A stretch of DNA of 64,000 bases from Paramecium tetraurelia (Eukaryota). Under the pieces are notes generated by a model. The model was given only the letters and a program-made list of their open reading frames with translations, did no database searches and was not told the origin of the DNA. The translations under genes were made by a program, and so were the position numbers. The DNA lies in contig CT868677.1 of the NCBI GenBank assembly GCA_000165425.1, forward strand, positions 62,001 through 126,000, given 5' to 3'. Numbering within the stretch: the stretch's first letter is position 1; every line of letters begins with the position of its first letter. Shown in pieces: positions 42,303-64,000 of this stretch.

Positions 42303-44796
42303 TTCAAATTATTAATTTTATGATATTGGGGATGAAAATATTTAACAATGCTATTTACTTTACGTTTAGATTGTGAGTAATAGTTGGGCAATTTGAATAT
42401 TCTAAAAAACTATAATTGTGACTGTCCCAGAGTAAGCATTTAATCGATTTCATTGTTACTATCATCTATTTTGGAATTTCATATCTACTCACAATTTCTT
42501 CATATTTCTAATTGAATTAGCAACATTCTTGTTTAATTTATTTCCATTCCGAATCATCATTCTTATGTGTCATTCTAAGATTAACATAATAATATTACCC
42601 AAATTGCTGAATGAACCAATCTACTATGATCTAATTCTAATTGTTTACCCATATGCCATCGATAAATTCATCGTTTGATTGAATTGCCATCAAATAACCA
42701 TATTTATCAATGTAAAACTATCATTTAATCAAATTATATATTACTGTTTTATAATCTCTTCTAACATTGAAGTATTTTTCTATAATATCTGATTTAAATG
42801 ATAACCCAGTGCTTTGATTCCAAACTTAATTGAAATGACAAAATTAAATTTGTAATTTTTGAATCCTTTAAGTAATAAACTCGTTGATTATATTACTCTG
42901 GTTTTCTAATTAAGTGATTATTATGATGTTGGTGGGTTCTTAAAATTCATCCTCAATGGATGCCAATTTATTTAAAATTATAAGTATTTACTTCTCAAAA
43001 TCATCATACAAAACAAAGAGCAAAGTGTTAATGGTTATTTTAATGGATTCATCGAAATCCATCAATTTCTCATTTATTGATATCTGGTAATCTATGCCAT
43101 GATATATATATTTCTTAATCAAATTCATACCATTACCGCACAGATTCTAAGTTTTTATTGACTTAAATTAGATGATATGTTATTCCTATTATTATTTCAA
43201 TAACTTTAACTCATCTAAGTTCTTGATTGCAATAGATTTATTATGTAATTCATACATGTCCAGAAAAACAAATGAGTCTCTCATTTGATTAGTCCACTCC
43301 AGTTTATCTTATTCAAGAATTCTCATTATTTTGCTTTCACTTTTCTAATCTGTCTACCATTCTATATTTCTTCGTTTAATTAGAAATAGTTTCAATTTGA
43401 AGTGGAACTATTACGTGAAATCCTATAGGAAATCCATCAAATCAATTTTATTGAATGTGTAAGTGTGAGGAATGGAATAAACGTTTAAATCAGGGTCCTA
43501 ATATAATGCAAGATCAATACTTTCCATCTCAATCCAATTGATTCTTTTAATTCTCTACAAGTTTCTGTGAGTATTTTCTATTTCTGAATAGATGCTGCAG
43601 GATATATTGAAGGTAACAAGTATGTTTTAGTAACTTCTTTGAATTTTTGTTCATCAAAATCATAATTAAAATAGATCTGTTTAATGAGTTCAAATTAAAA
43701 TGGTTCTCCTGGATGATATTTAGATAATATCTATGGTAAGCGACCACTCTTAAACAATTACTTGAAATCCTTATATTAAACATAGCTGATAGTCTCACTG
43801 GATTGGTAGATTTGTTATTGCAAAATCTATTATTTTGTTAATGTATGTTTTGGTGTTTATGGCTTATTCTTACTGATATATGATGAATAATGAATGTGTA
43901 ATTCTTTCAGTAACTTCTTTTCATATTTAATTGCCTTAGATTTCTGAGAACTAACGTCATCAAATTCTTCACAGATTTAATCTGGTTTTTTGGGTACGTA
44001 AAATTCAGGTGTTTCTGCTCTGATTACTTTGCCTTATGGATCAATGATGATGAATATATCTTCTTTGGTTTATTCTTCGATGTGAAATACTTGATTTGAA
44101 TTGAAATCTAAAATACTCTGTGATAATTATACACTAATGATGTTCAGGCACGTTTTCATTGATATCTATGAATTTCATATGCCATCCATATTTATTGATA
44201 AATTTTTATAAATCTACATATTTATGTGTTGAGGTCCAATTTATCAAACCATAAAACTCATATTGAGCAAACTTAAAGATTTTCGATAACTTAATGGTGA
44301 TGATTTATTAGAATTTATAGAATTGCTTAAGACTTTGCAACTTATACAATTACAATTGCAAAAATATAGTGTATTTTCCATTGTTGCTAAAATTGATTAA
44401 TTATGATTGTTTGACATCCACAAACTTTACAAAAATCTGTTGGGGAAAGAAGTCATTTTTCATTAGGGTTGTGTGAATAGTTGCTTAAGTGATTGCTGGT
44501 TTGAAATTTCGAAGAGGCCTCAATAAAATAATAGATTATGGATGTGAATCCAAGAATGAGTGCATATAATTTCTAGATTCCAAATTGCTTTGCATCCACT
44601 TATCTGCACTCTTTATGATTCTCCTCTTCTATAATACCCACTCCTTCCTCTGCTTGATGTAGCAATAGTTGTAAACAGATGTGTATATGATGATGGTCTC
44701 AACAAACTGTCCCTCTGTCAATTAATCCAACAACAGATACAAACTATCAGATGAAGCCTTTTCCTCATTCTAAGGACGACTACCTAGACATCCCAT
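42303..44796 (-). CDS. Hypothetical protein with N-terminal dual-acylation motif
   Basis: MGCLGSRPQ start; frame maintained through 25-nt and 23-nt introns; 3' end only approximately resolved. Confidence 0.65.
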
Positions 44797-45553
44797 CAGA
44801 TAATTAATATTTAATTATTTTACACATTTTCATATATATTCATAAATAAATGAAATTCCATCTCACTTAACTGAATCACTTCATCTATAACTCAACTGTG
44901 AGATAATTATGTTAATCACAATTGTTAAAGAAAATCGTAGATTATTCAGGAAATTCCAAGAAGATCTTACACTCACAATTATTAGACATTATAGGATGGA
45001 ATTGAATTTTACTGCAGAAATGGTCTTGAAATAGTTATTGATTCTTAAAAGTTTACAAATTTTGATGTTCTGAAGTGAGGGTTTCAAATTAAAATAAAAT
45101 CTAAACAATTTGCATGGACTGTTCTATTAAAAGAGAAATAATAAAGCAGCATTCTAGTTGATTTATATTGGAAAGTTTTGAATGACATCTGAATTTCAAT
45201 TGTATATTGGAATAGAAAAGAAAACAATTTATTAATGATTGTTATAGCAATATGGAATGCATGATATAGATTTAAAAGTTATATTGCACTTGCATTTACA
45301 TAACTAAATGATGTAAGTACAATCACTCTAATTGAAATTTAATAACTTTGTGATATTACTGAGTATTGATTATCATCTTAGAAATAATGGGTATTATTTA
45401 CTTAAATGGCAATTGTAATTTGGTTCAATGATTGTAATTAAGTTCCATGTTTGTAATAGATGATTAATCTAAAAAGTTTGAAGTGTCTTTTCAATTGTTT
45501 ATTCAGAATATGGAGTGTTAATGATCCATTATAATATTATTATATATATTATT

Positions 45554-51718
<6,165 letters not shown>

Positions 51719-51769
51719 TATATTTTGATTATTTAGATGTCTAAAATAAATATACAATAAAAACAAAGA

Positions 51770-52207
51770 TCATTCTAAAACAAAGGCCAACCAATCTTTT
51801 TCGGATATTTAAAGGGGAGTTGATAAGTTGGCTTACAAATCAGTTGATATGGGATCCTATTAGTTTGGTTACACATTGGATTAAAAATAAGGTTTTTGAA
51901 TTGATTTGATTCTAATTTATTTTTTCTATAAAAATGATGGTCTTGAACTAAAACACAAATCCACTGAGAAATGCTTTCGTTTTTGAAAGGAGGACTCAGG
52001 TCTGTCGTTAACGATGGCCTTCTTATCGATGTGACAAATCTTATCAAGTATGAGTTTGGCTTGCTTTTGAGTAGGAGTAACGTAATGCAATTATAAAATT
52101 GGTTATTTGGCATAAAAGTTCTTATGTTTGGAGAAACGTGGTTTAAATGCAAACGGTTATTAATCAGGAATGAGGAGATTGACTAGTTCATTTGATTTAT
52201 GTCTCAT
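51770..52207 (-). CDS. Hypothetical protein (145 aa)
   Basis: MRHKSNELVNLLIPD... uninterrupted to TGA at 51770-51772. Confidence 0.6.
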
Positions 52208-52228
52208 TAATATTAAAATATTTATAAA

Positions 52229-54321
<2,093 letters not shown>

Positions 54322-54366
54322 GTATTAAAATACATATATTGATTTGAAAGATTATTAATTATTTTA

Positions 54367-55393
54367 ATGAGTTGTTTTTCTGTTCAGAAACATGTCAATT
54401 ATGGAGAGGTGATTTTAATAGTTGGAGATTGTCACAAGATATAATGGAATGTGTAGAATGGAATTTAAATGCAATGGAATTAAGATGATATCTGGACTGT
54501 CACACTGGACTCCTGTTGTTTACCTATGAATTATCGTTATGTAGTTGTTAAGTAAGACAGCAGACAGATAGTTCAATGGGAAGATGGAATCAACAGAGTG
54601 TTCAATTCTCATCAAGATGTTCAGGATGTTTGGGGTCATCTTCGTATTACTCTAAAACTCATGAATTACCCTGATTCCAACATAACTCTCAATCTCTACA
54701 CTCAAACAGGAAGACACAAGATTCCGCTCAACAGAATTGAGGGTGAATGCACACAAACTTTTCAGATCCCGAATAAATCTATTCATTAATTGGCTTATAA
54801 ATACCAATCCAATGAAAAGTGGGAAAGAGGGGGTGTGCGAATGATCCAATCCCATCCAATTATCAACAATGTCATGCATGTAACTGACTCAAGTGTAGAT
54901 TTCAACCTGAATTATAATCGCGTTTTTGAAAACTTATACGTTGGTTCATTTATTTATATAGAGTAATTATTTATTGTAATATAATAGTGAAATCCGCATT
55001 CTATAAGATTTGGGTGTAAATGCCATACTCAACTTACAGACTGTTGAAGATCTAATCAACAAGGATTTGCCAGAAGATTATTTTGATTAACTTCATTGTC
55101 AAAGCCAATCTCTTGGTATCATCTATTTGCAATGTCCAATTAAGGATTGTAATAAGAGATCCTATCTCTAAAATGGAGGCGATGCCTATTAGATCCTCAG
55201 GAAACTGCTGGATCAAGGCAAATGCGTGTATGTCCATTGCACTGATGGGATTCAAAGGAGTGTTCAAACCATTATACTCTACATGGTTTAGGATTTGAAT
55301 TACACTCTAGAGTAGGCCATCGAATTAGTTCAAGTCATTAGACCAAGATCGAAACCTATTCGTGAAGTACTATAAAAAGTCTTAAATCTTTGA
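54367..55393 (+). CDS. Laforin-like glucan phosphatase (CBM20 + dual-specificity phosphatase)
   Basis: CBM20: YGEVILIVG..W..MQWNQDDIW..YRYVV..WEDGINR; DSP: NYNRVFENLYVGS, AILNLQT, PIKD, VYVHCTDGIQRS. Confidence 0.85.
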
Positions 55394-55414
55394 TATCCAA
55401 ATTTTATGTAATCA

Positions 55415-55766
55415 TCATTTTATTAATACATTAATTTCATTTAATAACTAATTCTCTATTTCTATTTGTTTTGAATTGACCCATTTCCCATTGACATAGT
55501 TGAAACGTTGAGGCCCACTTATGGGAGATGAGTACCACAACTATTTGTTGGGAGTCTGTCTGTTAATCACAAAGGATTTCCCATTCGGTAGATGCACATT
55601 GAGGACACCATCTGAGAATGAAGTTTCCACATTCTCAAAATTCTCAATCTTGTCATTCAATGTCTTTTAATTTATCATTTATTATTGTTACACTTAATTA
55701 GAGATTGCTCAGTTTCAGGAATTGAGTGGTAGTGAATTCTGTGCAAAACTTAAATGTTCTTAACAT
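55415..55766 (-). CDS. FXN: Frataxin
   Basis: SDGVLNV, FVINRQTPNKQLWYSSPISGPQRFNY; short basic presequence; one 28-nt intron. Confidence 0.93.
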
Positions 55767-55799
55767 TTTTATTATTATATATTAATTTAAATTTGAAAC

Positions 55800-57370
55800 A
55801 TGTTGCAGAGTATATCAATCTCGGATTACAAACAATCCCCTTAATCTATATTCAACTCTCTTCAATCACAAGGGGTCATCAGATCAGTCAATCTAAATTC
55901 AGGAATCAAGTCATCAGCCATCAAATCAAGTGGATCCAAAAGATTACACTCAGAGTGCAACTCTGAATTACAATGTATCTCCATTCATAACTAAACCCAG
56001 TGTCTGTTAGCAGTGAGAATTCCAAATAACGCTCATGTTCTATGCAATCCAATCGACCCACTATTACAAGGTAGTTATCGCACAATTAATCCATCATTGA
56101 CACTGTCAATAAGAAGATGACCTCAGAAACTAAGGAGAATAAGTTCGTCTCCATCAATCAACATGAGTAAGTCTCGGATTTCAATTAAAAAAACTCAAAA
56201 GAACAGCAAACTCTGATCAATTTATAAAATAAGGTTACTATTTTGATAGAGGAGAATTAAAAACTCATCCTTATTAATGAGTAATTGATGTAAGAGTTAG
56301 AAAAAGCTAAGATTGCTTATGAAACCAATAATCAGACTGTATTATTATAATCATTATAAAGAGAAACACAATCACTCTAACAAACAGTTATGTAATACAA
56401 AAAAATCAATAATTAACAATCTTAATAAGTCTTAGAATTGCAATAAATACTCAATGAGAGAGAAGAATTGAATATAGAATAAAAATCTATAACAAATCAA
56501 TAACTCATTGAATCCTAATAGACAAATAAGATATTCAAAGAGCAATTTCTGTAATTGGCATAAAAATATCTGCTAAAATGCTTTGAAATAGAGAGATTGC
56601 AAACTGTTGAAAAAGTGTGGTCAGATAAAATCACTATTGTGTTAAAGGAGAATGAGAATTTGAATCTAATGGTATAATAGCGATTGAATGAGCAGATACA
56701 ATTGCAATAATAGTACAAATAGCAAAATGAATTAATACTCAAATTGGAATAAGAGATAGTCTCACTATAATAATAGCACAAAGACTAGAACTACATCATA
56801 AATAAGAAGTATTAAGATCAAATTCAAATGATTGCAGATCTGAATAAATAGACTGAGTAAAGAAATGAAGAAAATAAGAAATTAAATGAATTGTTGCAAC
56901 AATAAGAGTACAAGTGGAGATAATCCTGCATCGAATTCGAGAAGGAGATGAAGCAATCTTATTCCAATAAATTGAATATAGAGATCAAACACTAAGTTTA
57001 GGTTATTCACGACGATTATTAGAAATCGTTAACGAATTATGCTTAAACAATAGCTGTTTTGTAGGGTCAAATGCAAATTTTATAGAAGTAGAATGAGTAG
57101 CTCCACAAAGCAAATTCTTAAAATTCCAATTTGAAGGAATGGAAACATGAGAAGCAATTGTACTTTGAAATAATCTAAGAATTGCAATAGAAAGTAACTG
57201 AATTGACAAGTTAATTGTCTACGATATTGAATTACAATACAAATTATGTTAGTGATTACAATAGTTTAGGAATCTAGGAATAATTGAATAAATTGGAAGA
57301 TTGTTAAAAGTACAATTAGAAGATGTATAAGAAATGTTAATAAATATTTAACTAAAAATTTTATGTTTGA
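55800..57370 (+). CDS. Gln-rich coiled-coil protein
   Basis: ATG 55800; a 26-nt intron restores the frame; long heptad region; TGA 57368-57370. Confidence 0.7.
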
Positions 57371-57416
57371 TAAAATGATATATAAATTGATAAATGAATT
57401 AAATTAAGAATAGAAA

Positions 57417-58728
57417 TCATTTATTTTCCAGTTGAAATGAGTCATCATCCATTTGAGGTTCATCTTCTTCTAGTTGTTTGCTAATTTGTGGTAATTAAGT
57501 CAATTTGTGTTAAGTTGATGGTGCTCCTTTGATGATGACATAACATAGTACCTTTAAGAATTTAATCTTGTTAATTAAGATTAATGAGTAATTTGCCTAT
57601 CTAGAAACCACAAGCAGCACAATCAATTTCGCACTTTTGGTTGATTGAGACCAAAGTTCCGAATCTGCTCTTGTTATCCTCGATGACAAAGTTACTCTTG
57701 GATAACTTGATTGTGGCATGATGTCGAGATACAGTGATGTCCTATGCCTTGATATCGCATTGGAAACCTCTACCCTTGGATGATAGCTATTTAAAGACTT
57801 ACTAATTTAATGTTGTCTTGTAAAAGAGCATGTATCAGATAGATCTCGCAACAAACATTCTTCTCTCTATTGACATTCTGAATAACAGAAATTGGATTAC
57901 TTCGACTAGAATGTACTGCAATTCAGGTCTTTCAAGAGTGAATAGATCGAAATATTCATTCTCAAATTGAACTCTTATTGGTAGGCTCTCCTTGCAAATG
58001 GTGCACTCATGTTGCTTCTTCCTATTATTAAATATGGTTCTGGTTACCATTTCAATGATAATCCAAATTGAGTCTCCTCCCGTGTGATATTGGAGTCTAC
58101 CCAATAACGCATGCATTCTAAATGCACTGCCTGACTATTGCCTGCACATTTGCAAATGTTAGTTAAAAACAACTAATCCCTACTCTAATTGCCTTCCATG
58201 AAACAGAATCGGCATTAGTAAATTTTATTGATGTCATTTATTTGTTGGCAATCCTGATGCTTGATTGGAGCATGTAAAATTTCCATCTGTATGTTTCTTT
58301 CTTCAAAGACTCTGTATTCACTAACAGAATGAGTAACATAAGTACACTCTTCCTAGACGAATAATTGAATTGACTACAATGGGATACTCAGATCCACTTG
58401 ATGATTTAATGTCTTTTACAACAATAAATGTAGGCTGAGTCACAGATAATATGATTTCATATTGATTTGCTATTTGAATTCTTGATAAAACAACTTACTT
58501 TATTTGTTCACCTTCAGTAGTATCTTTTTATTACTCTTAGTATCATTACTCTCAAAGTAAACTGAATCTGCCATATGAAGAGATTATACTTTCTTCATAA
58601 ATGGTTGTCGACCCACCTCGAAATTTCCACATATGAAAAGTGTCAGTTTATTCATGATCTATTAGACCCATACCTTATTTGGTATCCTGTTTTATTAGCA
58701 CTTCCAAATTATTTTTGTAGGCAGGCAT
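57417..58728 (-). CDS. RING-CH (RINGv) + FHA domain protein
   Basis: CRFCF..CKCAG..VHLECMRYW..CTICK; GRGFQCDI..VSRHHATI..EDNKSRFGT. Confidence 0.9.
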
Positions 58729-58944
58729 TAAAATAATCATTTTTTTTAATATTTATTAATGCTCATTTGCTATAAAAGAATAATAATTATTAAATTATTT
58801 ATTAAATAATGTGTGTTATTTCATTCATATTTTATTATTTTACCTTCTAGAATTTAAAAATTCTTCTGATTTCGAGAATTTACTAAAAATTGTTTCAAAA
58901 CCATATGAAACTAATTCTTATAGAATTATTAATCTAAAATCACA

Positions 58945-59409
58945 ATGAATCAAAGTTAATATCAAGTTGCCTTTAAAAACTATTGGTGTCATCTATGTTA
59001 AAAGGAATCACATTATCGTTTAGAGGGTGAATTAATAAATTCAGAATAATTCTGTTAAAATTGTGGATGTGTTTTAGAACAAATAGTTACCAAACAATAT
59101 CATCCCAAACAATTCTAAGTCTATCAATAACCAGTAAGATTACAGAGAGTGTATTATCACATAATTTTCTATTAAAATAATGACGATGAACATTAAAATA
59201 ATGGAGCCACTGAAGATCAAATTAAAAACATGAAGAGATAAACCCATGAAGGGGAACAGGAGCAGACTTGTTACATCTGTCAAGATGATTTCAAAAATGG
59301 AGAGTAAATTGCCATGATGAATTGTAATCATGGTTTCCATGAGGATTGCATTGCAAAATGGTTGAGAATGAACAATTCTTGTCCAGTTTGCAGATGTAAA
59401 CAAAATTGA
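58945..59409 (+). CDS. RING-H2 E3 ligase with N-terminal zinc ribbon (RNF115/126-like layout)
   Basis: [39 protein letters not shown]. Confidence 0.9.
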
Positions 59410-59471
59410 TTAATCTTTGTTATGTGTTTTACTTCTCTTATTATTAGCAGTAAAATATAAATATATTAACA

Positions 59472-60116
59472 TCATTCATATAAATGCAATGATCTGCATT
59501 CATCATCAGTGTATTATTGTTTAACATTTTTAAGAAAGTCATAAATTAATTGATTTTCTGACTATTCAGTGTTGGTTTTAGTTGGAATTAGAAGTTCGTT
59601 TTTTAGTATTTCAATTTCATCTTCTTTCCCTTTCAATTCTTTCTAGAGCAACATTATTTAGTTGGAGAAGATCTCTGCCTATTGCAATAGTAGGTAGGCA
59701 TCTTAATATTGAAATTGCAGATTTTTATGTTAACTTGACAATTCCTCGATATATTAGATCATCTTATTATTTTAGTATGTTCGATCTATCAAAGCCTATT
59801 TGAGGGATTGTTATTCTTATTGCATATTGGCTATTTGCTAATTTAACTGTTGAGTTTCATATTAAAATTATAACTGTTACTATTGTAAAGCAGAACGCAA
59901 TTTATTATTTTCGTCTTTCAATTGCTCAATAAGTTAATGCAACTTTTAGATTTCTTGTTACTCATCAGTTAATGTTTTTTGTTTTTCTATGGGTTCGAAT
60001 GTTCTTTCTAGGGGTTGTTTCAAAGTTGAAAAGTAAGTGTTTGGAATGTGATATTAGGAACATTTGCGTAAAGGAGAGGGTGTGCATTTTTTATCAGAAA
60101 CAGTCTTATAAAACAT
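59472..60116 (-). CDS. Coiled-coil hypothetical protein (214 aa)
   Basis: MFYKTVSDKKCTPSPLRK... uninterrupted to TGA at 59472-59474. Confidence 0.7.
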
Positions 60117-60122
60117 AATAAA

Positions 60123-63100
60123 ATGTATATTATTTTGATATTGTTGTAATTTGTTAAATCAAAGGAAATAATAAACTTGGAGATTGATAAATCATATAAA
60201 TATTATGGGTAAGTGTATGTAAATCTAAAACATTAGAGAGGTGCCAAACTCATGGCTCCATTATCCAGTCTATCATTATAAATTAGAGGTTCCACAAGAT
60301 AGAGAAGTCTTTGTTTTTTTAGCAACATTAAATGATGCTCGTCCATAATATTAGTTATACATGAGTTAAAAGGAAATTAAGTAAGTATTTATTTAGTATT
60401 TAAGACAGGTCCATAATGCTTAAGAATGCAAATTTGAAAATTTAATTGTTTGTCAAATAAAATCATAGCAACACATATCAAAGATAACATATTACTTTGT
60501 AGTGCTCTGTCTATTTAATTGTCACTATGAACTAAAAATAATGACCATGAATACTTTTGTCGAAGGAGTGATGATCATGAAATAAGAAAAAGAAAAACCA
60601 TTTAAACTAAATTTAGCTAATATTTAATACGATAGACTTTGTCTTAAGCTCATTCATTTCCTTAAGTTTATTTCTTTTAATATTTACATAAACATGAACG
60701 AAACAATTCCTACTACATCAGAATTTGATATTGAATAATTATTTCTCAAAGAAGGACTTGTGTGTTTACAGAGAAATTACACTTATCCTTAAAGTGTAAT
60801 GACGGCATTCATTAATTAGGAAGGTTACTTTCTCATTCTTCTTAACCCCTTTTAAAAATTCCATGAAATCAGTTTAAATCAACAATGGAATGATCAAATA
60901 CTTAGGGGTAATGTAAATTATTATAAATTGATTATCAAAGATTTCAAAGAACATATGTTGATGTTTTATGTGAACTGTAAAACTCATTCAGTTTTCATTT
61001 ACGTGTAACCCTGCATCGAAGACAGATGTAAACGTGATTATTTGGATTTTGATTGGCAATACTAATTCGATAAAGAGTAGTATAATTATTATACTATTCC
61101 TACATATAAAATGATTTACACAGAAGTCTATTTGATCTCAATCAATACAAAGGATGAGATGGTAGAGTACGAATTAGAAGTGAAAATAAGTGACAACCCA
61201 AGGTAGATGCTTATTCACTCAAAGGTGAATGCTGGAGTCTTAGAGAAGAATTAAGTTGCTTTATATTTATTCAAATCTATTGATTAATTGGAGATAGTCA
61301 ATACAAGGGTAATAGCAAATTTTCCAAAAGGACACGGAGTTTTATTAAGCAAATAATGCTTTAAAGATTCTGAAGAGATGGCAATTATAGATGACATATA
61401 AGAATACCTCTAAAAAGCAGATCCAGATAATTATTATAATTGTTCAATCACTCCAGATCAGGCATCATCTTTTCCTTCTGATGATCTCCAAATTTCAAAT
61501 TTCGTAGGAATCTAATATGATACTACTGCTGGAAATAAGAATGTAACTTAATTCTGGTTTGAAAAAATATCTTTTAACTTTGTGTACGTACTTGCAATAT
61601 ACAGTTACGTTGATTTCATGAGATTCTCATTGACGACTTAACAGGTTATCAATAATCCTATACTTCAATTTGATAAATTTACAATCAATTATAAATATAT
61701 AAAGTAACAAACTAATGACCATTATTAGATTTAGACTTTTTCACTTAAAAAACCTGATTTACAGAATTATTTCGTTTTTGCAGCCTATGAAGGAGAATCA
61801 AATATAATATTTGTAATCGCAAATACCATCAAATCTATCCATTATGAGACCAAATTAACGACTTCAGAAATTGAATTTATTAGTTTGGATGAAGAAGTGG
61901 GCCACTCTTATACAATTCAAATCTAAGCAACAACCAACTTGAAATATTCAGTTATTGAAATTTTAAAAAGTACAGTCACACCAGAAATTAAATACATTCC
62001 CTTACATTTTGGGGTTCAATTCAAAACTATTGATTTAGATCTTTACTTCAGCTTGGAAATAACTGAGAATGCTAACTTCTATATAAATCTGAAATCATTA
62101 TGGGGTAACTTTATTTGTTACATATTTGGTAGTGATAACTTCATAGGGAGCAAATCTCCCTATGAATCTAATCTAACCTTAACAAGCTTTTAGCAAACTT
62201 TAATTATTGAAAATCCAAAATAGTTTTATTACCTGTATGTTAAAACTTCCTCTCGTGAAGTAAGTGAATCATATCAAATAATGTATTATCAACAGAGTTC
62301 CTTTTTTGCAACTATTCCTTGGCGATACATTTTATGGTTTGCTAGAAGATTAAAAAACCTTATATTTTTTCTACTAATCAATCTAAAATAGCAAATAAAT
62401 ATAAATTATTGTAACATATTAATCTGAATATAATAATAACAACAATCTCTAAATTTATATCAGTAGCATTAACAAATATCCTGATTAATTTAATTATGAA
62501 TACCTAATTAAACCAAACTCCAATCACATAACCATTCCTAACATCATTTATGACAGCATCCTATAAATTGGAGTTTACAGCAGAGGATCCAACAAGTACA
62601 CCCTTCTAATTCAAGATTCTGATTCTGCGATTTTATTAAAAGATAATATCGTTTAAACAAGGCCAATCTAGAACTAACAGCATTTCTACTTTTACTATTT
62701 AATTCCTAAGAATATCATTAATCCTATTAAGATTTAAGCAATTACTAAATTCAATTTAATCGAATTATTGTGTAATATTGTTGATTATGACTCTAATAAT
62801 ATAGAAAAAGAGAATTACCCAACTTTTTCCAAACATGACATAAAAGAGTTATTTAGTGCCAGTCCATCCAATAAATTGCTTTTCATAAATGAAACCAATC
62901 TAATGAAATGCTAAAATTAAGGCTGCATCCTGTTAATAAATGCTTATGTATTAGGACATTTTGATTATTTCAATGTCATGGTATCCTCAAAATATACTGT
63001 CATTAGAAATCTAGAGATGATTATTGGATATGCCAGCTAAAATAGCATGTCTTATTACTACTTTGAGATTAGCGAAGTAATAATGGATATCCAAATTACT

Positions 63101-64000
63101 GTTAGAGCATTATAAGAATGTAAATGCGATATTTATGTCTAGAAATCTAAAGGACAAGATAATATCCTTTATCCTTCTATTGATAAATACACTTATAAAT
63201 TTACATCAGATACGCTAACAATCTCAGAAAAGGATAATATAGGACAATATATGATCGGTGTAACGTCTCAAAATTGCATCTTTGAAATAATGTTACATCT
63301 TGGAGGTTTCTAGTTGCATTACATTCACAACGGATAATTTGTTGAAACTTCAATTAATGATAACGTTTAATATTATTACTTGAATACCCACTAAGAACCA
63401 TTTCGAATAATGATTTATAATATGAGGAACATCATTGCCTCAATAAGGATTGAAAATAACAATGAAACAATGGAGTTGGCTAATAATAGTGATCTTTTTG
63501 GAGGAATAATGTAAATTGATAAGGATGTATGCTAATCTTGCACATATATTTTATCTCTTCATCCAATTAGACCAACTGCATTATCTATACTTCTTATATA
63601 TAATAAAATTCCATTTTCTATTCCGTATGGTAGAATTTATTATGACTAATGCCTAACTACTTGTGAATTCGAACTTACCCCAGGAGAGTTGAATTTATTT
63701 GTCTACTCAAAATCTATCACTTTGACTTTTAACTTTAAAATTAAACGCTTTATTAAAATGGATCTAACCTACTCTAACCACTTGATCCCAATAAATGAAA
63801 CCTGCATTTTACAAATTGGGAAGGATGCTTATTATTCTATCAATCTAAGCAATCGTGAAAATCCAATCATTTTATAATTAGGTCGAGTATTCAATAGCAA
63901 AAATACTATAAGTCGTAATTAATCATTATTTAATTTTAAAATTGACAGAATTGATTAGGAGTATGTAATCTAAGTTTCAAGTTAATCTGATGTAATAATT
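60123..64000 (+). CDS. Large secreted/surface protein with repeated beta-rich modules, runs off the window (apparent +1 frameshift at 62302-62307)
   Basis: Signal peptide MYIILILLQFVKS; small introns near 60209 and 60381; recurring YYYF / DIYV / YP / Y.IGV motifs. Confidence 0.75.

Noticed and set aside
43490..43550. Apparent frameshift in the 42303-44796 gene
   Set aside because: Resolved by a 23-nt GT..AG intron

Overview
AT-rich, gene-dense eukaryotic DNA that reads as a ciliate macronuclear chromosome segment, most likely Paramecium (species not determinable from sequence). TAA/TAG must be read as Gln, TGA is the only stop, and genes carry tiny 20-30 nt GT..AG introns, so the supplied standard-code ORF track only shows fragments. 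I hand-translated about 35 genes, including a polo-like kinase, a pseudokinase-MORN protein, a beta-lactamase-family serine hydrolase, F-box/LRR, WD40, Rab21, an LSDAT/SLOG protein, GH38 alpha-mannosidase, B-box, Myb, SCP/CTD phosphatase, DNA ligase I, a BEACH protein, SRPK, a laforin-like phosphatase, frataxin and two RING proteins. No tRNA, rRNA, CRISPR, telomeric repeat or transposon was seen. Best leads: a 33-aa smORF resembling a ciliate-specific complex III subunit; an intronless, bacterial-like, probably GPI-anchored serine hydrolase; a stand-alone LSDAT protein; a hairpin-rich in-frame insert in SRPK; a 794-bp inverted duplicate of a surface-protein gene; single-base +1 frameshifts (one in LIG1); and divergent genes with start codons only 6-33 nt apart. 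I found no evidence for a coherent multi-gene novel system. Gene spans include introns and family calls come from motif recognition, not database searches.
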